NCBI GenBank assembly: GCA_963575745.1
Contig: CAUYUJ010000301.1
Span: forward strand, 1-64,000
Length of the DNA stretch: 64,000 nt
Source: Prorocentrum cordatum
Taxonomy: Eukaryota
Direction of reading: 5' to 3'
Below, piece after piece: positions 1 through 10,630 of the stretch (within the stretch, counting starts at the first letter, position 1; each line of letters opens with the position of its first letter). The position numbers and the translations under genes were made by a program. Below the pieces are notes generated by a model that saw nothing but the letters and a program-made list of their open reading frames with translations, was not told the origin of the DNA and searched no databases.

Positions 1-104
1 GGACTCGAAAAGGGCCCGCCGAGGGGACCCCAGGAGGGCCTCTGGGGAGCGCAGAGAGAGCTGTGCGGGCCTTCAGAACGGCCTAAAGATGGCCTCACCA
101 TTGG

Positions 105-240
105 GTCGGGCATGTCCCCCTGCAGGCGGACTTGGGACGAAATATAAGAAAAAAAAAAAAAAAAAATGGTCAACACATCGTCCCCATACCATGTTTGTTA
201 CTATTTTTGAATGTTCCCCTTGTAGAGGGACAGGCCCGAC
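105..240. mobile_element. MITE family A (~135-150 bp), copy 1
   Basis: Imperfect 22-bp TIR: GTCGGGCATGTCCCCCTGCAGG vs revcomp of right end GTCGGGCCTGTCCCTCTACAAG. AT-rich interior. Homologous copy at 42129-42279. TSD not resolved. Confidence 0.75.
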
Positions 241-266
241 TTACCCCTAACAGAGCTCCAAGCAGC

Positions 267-451
267 CTTTCAGAAGCACGGCAGTTATGCGTGCGAATCG
301 TTTCTGATGGGCTGGTGGGGACTCGCGAGGCGACAACAATTCGGGGCTCCAGTCCATCACACGGGCCACTGAAGGACAGGGCGCAGAGCTCGAAAAAGTT
401 GCTTGCGGTCCAGAGGCCTGAGGAAGATCTCGGGCAGGACCAGGCAACATT
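267..451 (-). CDS. possible exon of unknown protein (NVAWSCPRSSSGLWTASNFFELCALSFSGPCDGLEPRIVV...)
   Basis: Non-repetitive open frame bounded by cag| and AG|gc. Not linked to other exons. Confidence 0.25.
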
Positions 452-1239
452 CTGACCTCTGAGGAGAGCTTCCAACAAGTCTCGATTTCGAAATCAGTGG
501 TTTACCTCCAATGTTCCCGCTGGGAACTCACTCCGGGACAGAAGCTCAGCGGGGCCCAGCGCTGCACACCCACACACCAATGTGCGCACACATTCTCGAG
601 GGATGCGTTCACGATGACCAGGCGGAGGCGGTGCAAACCAAACTTTATTCGATATCATCTTTCTTGAATGCTGTGACAGGGGTCGCAAACAACGACCACC
701 ACAGCGATGGCGTGGGTCCGCCGTACATCATTGTTAATCCAAAGCACCCCGCAGTACTTGCGCAGCCGCGCTGCAGCAAGCACGTTTGAACTCGTACTAT
801 GCACGCGGCTACCCCTGGGACAATGCAGCGAACTGCCAGGGCGTAAATTGAAATCTGCGCGGGGGTCCGAATCATGAGCGCCAGCACACCCTCGCAGAAA
901 GGCGGCTGGGGGCAGGGATGGAGGAGGGAAGGGAGAGGGAGGAGGAAGGAGGGAGGAAAGAGGATGGAGGGAAGAGGGTGGAAGGATCAAGGAGGAGAGA
1001 GAGAGAGAGGAGCGTGAGGGAAGCAAGAAGGAAGGTGGAGGGGTAAAGGGAGGAGGGAGGCGGGAAGAGAGAAGAGGGAGGGGAAAGAGGGAAGATGCGA
1101 GGCGGATTTTTATGTGTACATGTTCACCAGGGCCCCAGGGCCCCAGGAGGCCGTTCGGAAGGCAGTGGACCGCAGCGGGAGGAGGGGCAAAAAACGCGCC
1201 CCGGGGAAAGAAATTAACCTGACGAAGGACCCAACCAAT

Positions 1240-2756
1240 GCAACTGCGAGTGCCGCATTGTGGGTACCGCTTTCGGTGGAGCTCCCCATGGGGCCACGAA
1301 GCATGCAAGGGGTGCGCCGAAATCGGTGGTCGGTGGCGCGGACGCATTCGGACCCTGCCACTGGAGCCTTCGGTGGAGCCTATGGGGCCACGAAACGCTG
1401 TCCTGGGTGGCGGTGACGCATGCGGACCCTGCCACTAAAGCCTTCGGTGGAGCTCCCTATAGGGCCACGAAACGCTGTCCTGTCCTGGGTGGCGTTGACG
1501 CATGTGGCCTGTGCCACTGGAGCCTTCCACGGCGCCCCCGATGGGGCCACGAAACGCTGTCCTGGGTGGCGGTGACGCATGCGGCCTGTGGCACTGGAGC
1601 CTTCGGTGGAGCTCCCTGTGGGGCCACGAAGCGCTGTCCTGGGTGGCGGTGACGCATGCGGCCTGTGGCACTGGAGCCTTCGGTGGAGCCCCCTGATGGG
1701 GCCACGAAGCGCTGTCCTGGGTGGCGGTGACGCATGCGGCCTGTGGCACTGGATCCTTGAGTGGAGCCCCCTGATGGGGCCACGAAACGTTGTCCTGGGT
1801 GGCGTTGACGCATGCGGCCTCTGCCACTTGGAACTCTTCGGGTGGAGCTCCATATGGGACCCACAAAAGTTACGCTGTCCAGGGTGGCGGTGCCCGCATG
1901 CGGGACCCGCAATCAGTGCACTTCGGTGGAGCTCCCTATGGGGCCACGAAGCGCTGTCCTGGGTGGCGGTGACGCATGCGGACCCTGCCACTGGAGCCTT
2001 CGGTGGAGCCTATGGGGCCACGAAACGCTGTCCTGGGTGGCGGTGACGCATTCGGAACCTGCCACTGGAGCCTTCGGTGGAGCCTATGGGGCCACGAAAC
2101 GCTGTCCTGGGTGGCATTGACGCATACGGACCCTGCCACTGGAGCCTTCGGTGGAGTTCCCCTTGCCACGAAACGCTGTCCTGGGTGGCGGTGACGCATG
2201 CGGACCCTGCCACTAAAGCCTTCGGTGGAGCTCCCTAAGGGACCACGAAACACTGTCCTGGGTGGCGGTGACGCATGGGGACGCAACCACTGGGGCCTGT
2301 GGTGGAGCTCCCTATGGGGCCACGAACCGTGTGAGGGGTGTCCCGTAATGCGTGGCTGTGAGGACGCAACCACTGGGGCGTTCGGTGGAGCTCCCTATGG
2401 GGCCACGAACCTTGTGAAGGGTGTGCCGAATTGGGTGGCGGTGACGCATGAGGACGCAGCCATTGGGGCCTTCGGTGGGGCTGCCTATGGGGCCACGAAC
2501 CGTGTGAGGGGTGTGCCGTAATGGGTGGCGTGACGCATGAGGACGCAGCCACTGGGGCCTTCGGTGGGGCTCCCTATGGGGCCACGAACCGTGTGAGGGG
2601 TGTGCCGAACTGATGATGATGGTGATGATGATGACGATGATGATGGTGACGATGATGCTGATGATGGGGACAGGGAGGGGGGGGCAGTGGGAGGAAGGAC
2701 GCGGGCGCTGTCTGTTCAAAACGAGGAACCAACACCACAGGATGGATGGGAAAAAG
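1240..2756 (+). repeat. Modular element: ~17 tandem ~77-bp units + (GAT)n + conserved hairpin tail
   Basis: Unit core GCCACTGGAGCCTTCGGTGGAGCTCCCTATGGGGCCACGAA, period 77-78 (1591, 1668, 1746). (GAT)n at 2611-2666. Tail ACGAGGAACCAACACCACAGGATGGATGGGAA near 2721-2752. Same architecture at 35780-37680. Confidence 0.9.
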
Positions 2757-3041
2757 CAACAACAAAACAACGCCGCGGGTCCGAAACCCTTTCCCGAGGG
2801 GGTGGGGGGGAAAGCGCCCGGGGGGGGGGGGGGAACTGTAGCCCGGAGGATATGGACATCTCTGTACCCCCGAGAACCCGCACACGTCCAGATCCACCGC
2901 CTCCCGAGGTCCAGCAAAATCGGTTCCCGATATGCAAAGATCCCAACCTCGGAGAAGAGGGAGGGAAGAGGGAGGCGGGAAGAGAAAGGCGCGACGGGAA
3001 GAAAGAAAGTTTGAGCAGGGACCGACCGCCGTCCCGGCATT

Positions 3042-3220
3042 CCTATAGGCCTACCACGACATGTTCTTGGAACCCCCCAAAAAAATCGAATCACCAAAAC
3101 CGTGTTCTTAGAAGATAAACACGATGTTTTAATACAAGACAGCCCCAGCCAGAAATGTTCTCAGAGCATGTCGTGCAGACCACAAAAGGTTCTTAGAACA
3201 TTCTTTGGTGGGCCTATAGG
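3042..3220. mobile_element. MITE (~180 bp)
   Basis: ~32-bp imperfect TIR CCTATAGGCCTACCACGACATGTTCTTGGAACC / GGTTCTTAGAACATTCTTTGGTGGGCCTATAGG. Palindromic CCTATAGG at both ends (TIR end or TSD). Confidence 0.75.
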
Positions 3221-3699
3221 CGAGTCAGGACGCTTCGCCACTGCTTGAAGGGTGTCCCGGCACTCGCCACAAGGACCCCCTCTGCGCGGCGGTTTCCCGC
3301 GTCAGGACTCGGGCAGCATCGCCTAGCCGGCCGGCGACAACTGCCGGGCGGTGGCTGCCAAGAGTGGCGCACGCCGCGAGCAGGTCCGCCACCCCCCTCC
3401 ACCTCACCTCCTCGTCCTAATCCCTGGTCCTCCTCGCATTCGCCCCAACCTCCCTTCCTTGCCCCCAATACCTTTTGCTTGTCCGCCACCGCGCCCCCTG
3501 CCACGTGGGGGCGCGGCAGAATGCCGAGGGTCGTCTGAAGTTTTCAGTCGACTTCCAAAAACGCCCCCCCCCTGTGAGGTGCGGGCTTCGGCACAGTTCG
3601 CTTGCGCCTGAGCGGCACGAGTGGAAACGAGTGGGAAACGGGATGAGTCAGATGAGGGAGGGGGAGGAGGAGGAAGGGGAGGAAGTGGCGGCCTGAAGG

Positions 3700-4735
3700 G
3701 GTGATTGAACCAAATCCTTCCTTCCAAACCAAACCTGAACGACAATCCGTAAAGGAGAACTTCTTGTTCAAGAAATCCGTGCGCAAAAAAAAACATGAAA
3801 AGACAAACGAACAACTGTGATAATCCGTGCTGGCGGAATCGCTACTGACAAGAACCTTATTACAGGAGTAGTGACCGAGAGGATTGTATTCACATGTAAG
3901 CAATAAAAAGTAAAGGATCCGTTAGTGTACGTTGGTATATATGCCAGGCAAAGATAGCCATTATAAATCACAAGTGATACAGGAATTCATGCTACAAGGA
4001 GCCACTCAAACAAAACACGAAAAAACAACATTATTAAATCAGGCTTACTAGCGAAATACGTGTTCGACGAATCCTTCGTGGAAAAATCCGTAGGACAGGA
4101 AGCCGTTCTAAAGGAGTCCGGACTGCAAGAACTCTTACGGAAGGGAACCTCAATTAAGCTTTCTTCCTGGAAGAAGACTATGCGGGGTCAATTCGAAAAG
4201 AATACTGTATAGATTTGTCGTCATTGCTACAAGAACCCTTCCTGAAGGGATCCTTGCTCAAAGACTCCTTACTGCACGGCTGTATTACGGAAGGAATCCA
4301 CACTACACGAATATGTGCTGCAAAAATTCCAACACCAACATAAATAATACATAGGGACGGGAACCTCAATTAATGGCCCTTGGTTCAAATGAACGCTTTG
4401 CAAAAAGGAGTCTGTACAGAAAGAGGCACTACCAACTTCACACAAATTGAAAGAACCCGGTACAAGACGAGCCCGTACTAAAAGAGTCTGTACTGAAGGG
4501 ATCCTTTCTTAACGGCGCCTTCCTCAATGGATGTATTACAGAGGAGGCCCTTGCTAGAAGAGTCATTGGTGCAGAAGCTAGTACTCTACGAAACCTGACT
4601 GAAGGAATCCTTGGTTAGGACGTCTTACTGAACGAATGTGTTACTGATTGGATCCTGACTAAGAAGTCCTGTATGGCTGAATAAGTCCTAGAGTAATGTT
4701 TACTGGAGGGTCCTTATGTAAGGACTCCTGGTGCT
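3700..4735. repeat. Old, degenerate ~15-bp tandem repeat (consensus ~CTTACTGAAGGAATC)
   Basis: AT-rich island with recurring variants such as tactgaagggatcct, gactgaaggaatcct, tactgaacgaatgtg, tactggagggtcct. Confidence 0.7.
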
Positions 4736-4799
4736 CGACATTTTTACCACACACACACACAACACACAAGAACGACATCATTAACGGGTGGGGTCCCCA

Positions 4800-5937
4800 G
4801 GCTTGTGACGTCTGTAGGCAAAACGATTAAGACCCACGAGTGTCCAAGCGACGTATCTTTCCACATTCTGCGCACCAGGAAGAACCACCAGTTCAAGGGT
4901 CTTGGGGCGTGGGTGGCTCGCAGGCTTCCTGAATCCCTTCAAGTCAAACCACAGATTCTTTCGTGCGCAGAAAACCTCACCTCGACATTGAACAACATGT
5001 CCTTCCCCAGCGATGCAGTGTTCATGCGATACGACGTCCGAGACTTCATCATGTCTCGGGGTATCAACGAACTTATGCGCGGTGCTGTCGCTGATGTGCC
5101 CCAGGCTGAGCTCCTTTTGAACAACCAGTGCGTCCAGTCGAGACTGTACGATGACAGGATTTGGCAGGTAAACGTTGGCTCGGGGATGGGGGGGGATTTT
5201 TCGGGAGACTTGTCTGACGCGGAATTTTACCACAGGTTGGAACATTCCAGGGTGAACAATCGGATATGGATGTCCAGCAGGGGGGTCATTTTGTACGTAG
5301 GGTTCAAAGACGACACCTGGATCATCACTGAAAAGTGCCTCGCGCCTGTCTGGCACGTGCATGTGATTGGCTTGTGGCAGCTTCGGGTGTCGGTAATGGA
5401 AAACTGTTGCGCATGGAGCGAACATGTTAGACATACACACTTTTAAAAGTCCGTGTTCTGCCTCCACTGGAAACTTAGCATACAAGCCAATATGGAAAAG
5501 ACCAGTTTGGGCATTCCATTGTCTTTGTTCCGGAACACCCTCAAGGCATGCACGTTTTTTGGCCGTTTGCAAAGCTTGGGCATCTCCATCGTCATTCATC
5601 CATCATCCAGCGAAGTTTGGACGCAACAGGGGTGTCCATCGAGCGTCTCAACCAGCATTGATTTCACAAGTCCTTCATCTAACTTCTGCGTGCCTGGTAC
5701 TCCAAACGTCCGAGACCCACCGCCCGTCCCGCCCCCACTGCCAAATTGTGGGCGCGAGTCCCATACCACATGGTTGGGCGTCGACCGGTCTAGCGAAGCT
5801 GTTCAACAAGCCTTTATCCCTGGACATGCCTCGGAGCATTTGCGTGCAGTCTGTAGGGTCTATTCCTTCGATATCGGGCCTGCATGGGTTGTGCGGCAGG
5901 CACCTTTTGCCCAGTTGGTCCAGCAACTCCCGCACTA
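4800..5937 (+). mobile_element. Decayed, 5'-truncated Penelope-like retroelement reverse transcriptase
   Basis: RT motifs in order: KTIKTHE, FMRYDVRDF, QVNVGSGMGGDFSGDLSD (cf. PLE G-x-x-MG-x-x-x-S), YVGFKDDTW (YxDD position). Thumb-like YKPIWK/KTSLGIPLS follows across frameshifts. No GIY-YIG seen. Confidence 0.8.
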
Positions 5938-7751
5938 GTCACGCCTCAGCGTGCTAATTGGAGGTTGGTTGGGTGCGGACGGGGATCCTTGCTTACTCAT
6001 TTTCACGCACATGTTTGTAGCAGCAGTTGGCTCGGGGTTTTCCCTGCGCCCCAGGCCCGCGCACAGCGGTCTGCGTGCCCATTTGAATACTTCTCGGGTG
6101 GCAAACCGAATAACGTTTTAACAAGTGGTGCGTTTTGACGTCGCTGTCATAACATCGAAGGAAACCAAAAACAACGCCTCATTCCTCAATTTGACACAAC
6201 AACCACGACTAGTTGAAATTGTCGTAACGCGGGCTCTAGAACATTCTTACGAAACCCCACCAGCCTTAAGGCGACCGGTGGTGTAAAGAGGGTCACTTTG
6301 CTCTTCCACAACCCCTCCCCCCTTCGGGGAGGGGAACCTTCCCCTTTCCTTCCCTTGGGTTTTTTGGGGAGGGGCCGCGAGGTGTCAGAGGGTCCTTTTG
6401 TTCGGCCCCTGGGAGGGCCATTTTTGTTACCATTCACGTGGCCCCCGATGGGGGGGACGAACATCTGGCACCCCCCCCTCTTTTGACCAGCCGCCTCCAA
6501 GATGGCCCCAGGAGGCCCTCCACGGCTCCCAAGAGGCTCCCAGGAGGGCCCAAAGAACGCAACCAAAAAAACCAAAAGGCCTCCAAAAAACACCCGAAAA
6601 AACCTCCGAGAGGCCCCGAGCGGCCTCAGAGAGCCCAGTATGACCTCCAAGGTGGCTCAGATAGCCCAAGCTGGCTCAAGATAGCTCCCAAGTTGCTCCA
6701 AGCGGCCCCGAGACCGCTCCAAGACAACTCGAGATGGCCACGACGCCTTCCAAGCCTCCCTCGCTGTTTGACGATGCACGTACCTTCCTCTCTCCCCCCG
6801 TTAACTCTCATGGGCATCGTTTCAGAATGAGCTGGCGAAGGTACTTCCTTGATCGCGACCGCGGCGAAGGGGCGAAGCACAGAGGCGACGGCCTAAATTA
6901 GCGCACGGGAAAAGGAAGGCGAAAAGAGACAAGACCAAGCAGGGGAAGAGTCAAACAGGAGGCGAGCCTCGCTGCCGCTCACTGGAGAGCGCACGCCAGG
7001 AAATCCATCCGGCTGACGTGCAGAACCAAGTGGTAATTCGGGTAGCCAATCACGTCCCTGACGAGGAAGACCGCTGGAATAAGCACAGCAACTCCAGAAC
7101 AGGACGAAGGACGCGGAACGTATGGCAGCAGGCCGCCGTCTCAGAAGAAAGACTGGGCATGCGGGCGCTCAACGGAAAAGATTCGGATCGCCAGACACCG
7201 AAGGGTGTCGGGGTGAGCTGGTGGGGATACGCGAAGCGTCAAGACTTGCATTTGGAAAAAATAATCCGCATATAGGAAACCTGAATGAGCTCCGTTAAAC
7301 CGAACACAAGCCAGGACACCTGTCAACGATTGTGTTCCATGTTCCAAATACTGCAAGCGGGGAAGCCAGGTGCATTCATCTGTGATCCAGTTTTTTTCTA
7401 AAATCCTGAAAGATTATCCAGCCGAGAAACATTAGGCATTCTCAATACTTCCATACACTTACAATACTCAGTCTCTACATCTCTCCCTATCTCTTCCCCG
7501 CTACTCTCCTCCCAGTCGGGCAGCCGGCTCGTTTGAGATGCGCATTGTCGCTTCAATGCTGGCTACAAGTTTGCACTGGACGGCAACGATCCCTGGTATA
7601 AAACACAAAGGTCAACATTGGCCGTGCGCGCAGCGGTCTGGCCGCGCTTTCGCCCGAGACGGCCACAATGTATAAAAGAATCGGGCCCACACATCAATGC
7701 GAACTACATCTTTGTTCCGGACAGCCACGATCCCTTGCAGAAGAAAAACCC

Positions 7752-7893
7752 TTTGGACGCCCGCAACGGGTACGGAAAACATGGGCACAGTGACCATCAG
7801 CAACTGTTGTCCCAAACCAACAGCGGCCGCTGTTGGGCAGGCGGCCTTCTGCCTCGAATGTGCACAGGCCGCGGCGACACGGACAGCGAATCC
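7752..7893. mobile_element. Truncated copy of the 43621-43801 MITE
   Basis: Shares GGGTACGGAAAA..TGGGCACA..TGTTGTCCCAAACCAACAGCGGCCGCTG.TGGGCAGGCGGCCTTCTG..GTGCACAGGCCGCGGCGACAC with 43605-43746. Right TIR absent. Confidence 0.8.
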
Positions 7894-8246
7894 AGTTTCG
7901 GGGATGGACAGACCCCCCTTTAGTAAAACGTGGTTTAGTGAAAACGACCTGAGGCCCAAACCTGGCGGACGCAAGCCTGGAAAATGACGGCCACGGCGCC
8001 CTCTCGAGAACCGAAAACGGACAATTCACTAATCGACGTGTCACTGTTGGGGGTTCTGTCCACCTCCGACAGTTCAAAATGGACAAGAATCGCTGTTGGT
8101 CTTTGCACCTATATATTTTCCGTGCACATGCCGACCGTGCCGATACTCGCGTGCACCGTGCTCTCCCCCGTTCCGGTCCCGGCGGCATCCTCTTCCCGCC
8201 CAGCGTGTCGCTCAAGGCTTCTGAAGCGCCTCTCACGGGTCGGCTA

Positions 8247-8417
8247 TACGTAAGAGTGACCCTGGGTAAGAGTGACCTTTGGTGCGCGGCTTTTGGGGGG
8301 CCGCGGGGGGACCAAACCTGGGCGCGCAAGCAGCTGCCGCTGCTTCGTTCTCAGCCATCTGGGGACCCATCTGTGCCCGCACCAAAGGTAACTCCGGCGA
8401 AGGGTCACTCTTACGTC
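8247..8417. mobile_element. MITE (171 bp), TA-flanked
   Basis: ~40-bp imperfect TIR ACGTAAGAGTGACCCT...ACCTTTGGTGCG. TA at 8245-46 and 8418-19. Confidence 0.8.
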
Positions 8418-8536
8418 TAGTCGAACGGGGGGCAGGGCGGGAAGCCCGAGACCGCCTGGCCCAGCAGCAGCCCGGCGATGGTTTCGCCTGAGACTTCCTT
8501 TTTGTTTTCGGTTTCGCCTGGGACTCACTTGCTTAG

Positions 8537-8695
8537 CAAGAATAAAAGGACCCCCACCCCTTTGGGAGGGAACCTAAGTTCGGAGGGCCAGACACACTAC
8601 TGTCAACCCAAACCGCCCAGAAATAGTATCCCTAATGCGAGGGACGGGGCCACATCTTCATCGTGTTATTAAGGTTAGGGGTCCTTTTGTTCTTG
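8537..8695. mobile_element. MITE (~160 bp)
   Basis: 18-bp TIR CAAGAATAAAAGGACCCC / GGGGTCCTTTTGTTCTTG (1 mismatch). TSD unclear. Confidence 0.65.
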
Positions 8696-8943
8696 ATGAC
8701 TCCTTTCACTGAATTCAGCAAGTCGGACTCTCGCCTGAATGCCGACTACGTGTGTCGTCCGGACGGCCACGATCCCGTGGAAAAAACACTAAAGTCCACA
8801 TGGCCATGCTCACCCCTGTCCCAGCTGCAGCTGTTCTTTCTCGGGGCTTTCCGGCCAACCACAGACGCCATGTCCTTGCGGACTGAAGGCGCAAACAAGG
8901 CTGTGCATGCCAGTGAGGAGTTCGGCCGGCTACCTACCTCGGC

Positions 8944-9580
8944 GGTCCCACAGGTCTCGTAGGTCCCACACAAGTCCCACAAGTCCCGCAGGTCCCTCAG
9001 GTAGGGGGCCACCTGCGAACCCTACCCCTACCCCCCACGATTTCTGAGGGGGAGGGTGGGGTTCACTTCATTCGGGAGCTCCCGAGCGAAGTGAACCCCA
9101 CCCTCCCCCTCAGAAATCGTGGGGGGAAGGGGTAGGGTTCGCAGGTGCCCCGTATCGGGTCCCACAGGTCACACAAGTCCCACAGGTCTCGCAGGTCTCG
9201 CAGGTCCCGCAGGCCACAGAGACCCCCCGGGGTCCCGCGAGTCCCACCCGCCCGGCGGTCCCACGGGCCTCTCGGGCGCCGCACGCCCCCACGGGCCACG
9301 GAGGCCCCCCAGCTCCCCAGGCCGAGCAGGCCCCACGAGGTCGAGACAGTCCCACGGGTCCCACGGGTCCCACGGGTCCCACATGCCCAACAGGCCCCAC
9401 AGGTGTCATACATCCCGCAGGTCCCCCAGGTCCCACAGGTCCCACAGGTCGTACAGGCCACACAGGCCCTCCCAGGTCCCACAGGATCCACAGGTCACAC
9501 AGGTTCCACAGGTTCTGCAGGTCCCACAGGTCCCACAGGTCTCGCAGGTCCCCCAGGTCCCACAGGTCCCACAGGTCCCA
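8944..9580. repeat. 9-bp minisatellite (CAGGTCCCA)n
   Basis: Direct tandem repeats on both sides of the foldback insert at 9004-9152. Confidence 0.9.
9004..9152. mobile_element. Spacer-less foldback MITE (149-bp near-perfect palindrome), TA-flanked
   Basis: Arms of ~75 bp are reverse complements about the centre GGGAG|CTCCC (9078/9079). TA at 9002-03 and 9153-54. Confidence 0.85.
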
Positions 9581-10170
9581 TGGCAATAGCGCGGCCGAAC
9601 TTTGCCCAAACGTTTGGCCACATAGGCACATAGGCGTGTCCTAAACTGCAGGAGGCGGCGGTGATTCGCCGCAGGCGTCTTCGATACAAGAATGGAGGGT
9701 GGGTGGGGCTCAAAATATGGATCTCACTTCAGCGCCGCCAACTGTCGCCCTGAAAATGGCTGGCAGATACAAGAATGGGGGCGGTTACGTTTCGACGTGG
9801 GGCTCTCGCCTGTCGCATCCTCGACCATCATCAACAGTACCGGCCAGCTACACGAGAGGAGTGCGGCTCGTTTTCGACATCGGCCCATCGCTCGAGCCTT
9901 CCTGGACAGTTACGGCCACAAGTGCAAGCTTCTCCTCCTCCTCCTCCTCCTCCTCCTCCTCCTCCTCCTCCTCCTCCTCCTCCTCCTCCTCCTCTTTCTC
10001 CTCCTCCTCCTCCTCCTCCTCCTCCTCCTCTTCCTCCTCCTCCTGCTCCGGATCCACTTTCCCCAATCCGGAGGCCCGGACCGACCCCCGCGCCTCGAAC
10101 CTGGCGCCCCAGTCCCACTCGCAGGACCCGGTGCTGGGCCACCTCAGACGCGCCGAAGGGCCAGGGCCAC

Positions 10171-10341
10171 TCGGCGGCGCGCACAAGGGGGCGGAGGGAA
10201 GGGGGAAGGCTTCTTAGAATGAGGCTGCTTCTTAGAAGGCCCCGGCCTTACATCTATAGAGAAGGCCCGCTCCTTCTAAGAAGCAGGGGTGCTTCCGAGA
10301 AGCCCTCCCCCCTCACCCCACCCCCCTCTGCGCGTGGCTGA
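10171..10341. mobile_element. Foldback-type MITE family B, copy 1
   Basis: Inner perfect IR TGCTTCTTAGAAGG/CCTTCTAAGAAGCA around TCTATAGA, with outer G-rich/C-rich arms. Second copy at 35043-35206. Confidence 0.7.
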
Positions 10342-10475
10342 GATTGGGTGTCCGCCGCCCCCTACAGGGGACGGAAAAGGTGGAGTCCCTCGATCCCTGA
10401 AGTAGGAGGGCGCTCGAAGCAGACTGGAAATCGGGGACTCTAAAGATACCTGTTTTTTCAACGACCGACGAGTAT

Positions 10476-10630
10476 GAAGGGGCCCAAGGACACACAAATG
10501 AATACGCACAAATCCCAGGATGCCCCATATTTTCCAATATTTTCTGGGCGTCCGTCTTCCCCCCTACTTCCCATACGTTCCCATATTTTCCTGGAGATCC
10601 ACGACTAACTTTGTCTGTGTTTTTGTCCCC
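10476..10630. repeat. Dispersed ~155-bp AT-rich repeat family, copy 1
   Basis: Begins GAAGGGGCCC..GGACACACA and aligns by eye with 14136-14290. Confidence 0.6.

Noticed and set aside
1240..2610. CRISPR-like repeat/spacer pattern in the 77-bp array
   Set aside because: Linkers are homologous to one another, as in a tandem repeat.
6130..6170. Hammerhead ribozyme downstream of the Penelope-like RT
   Set aside because: No intact CTGANGA...GAAA core with supporting stems.
9145..9633. Collagen-like GPTGPT ORF
   Set aside because: It is the translation of a 9-bp minisatellite, open in several frames and interrupted by a MITE.
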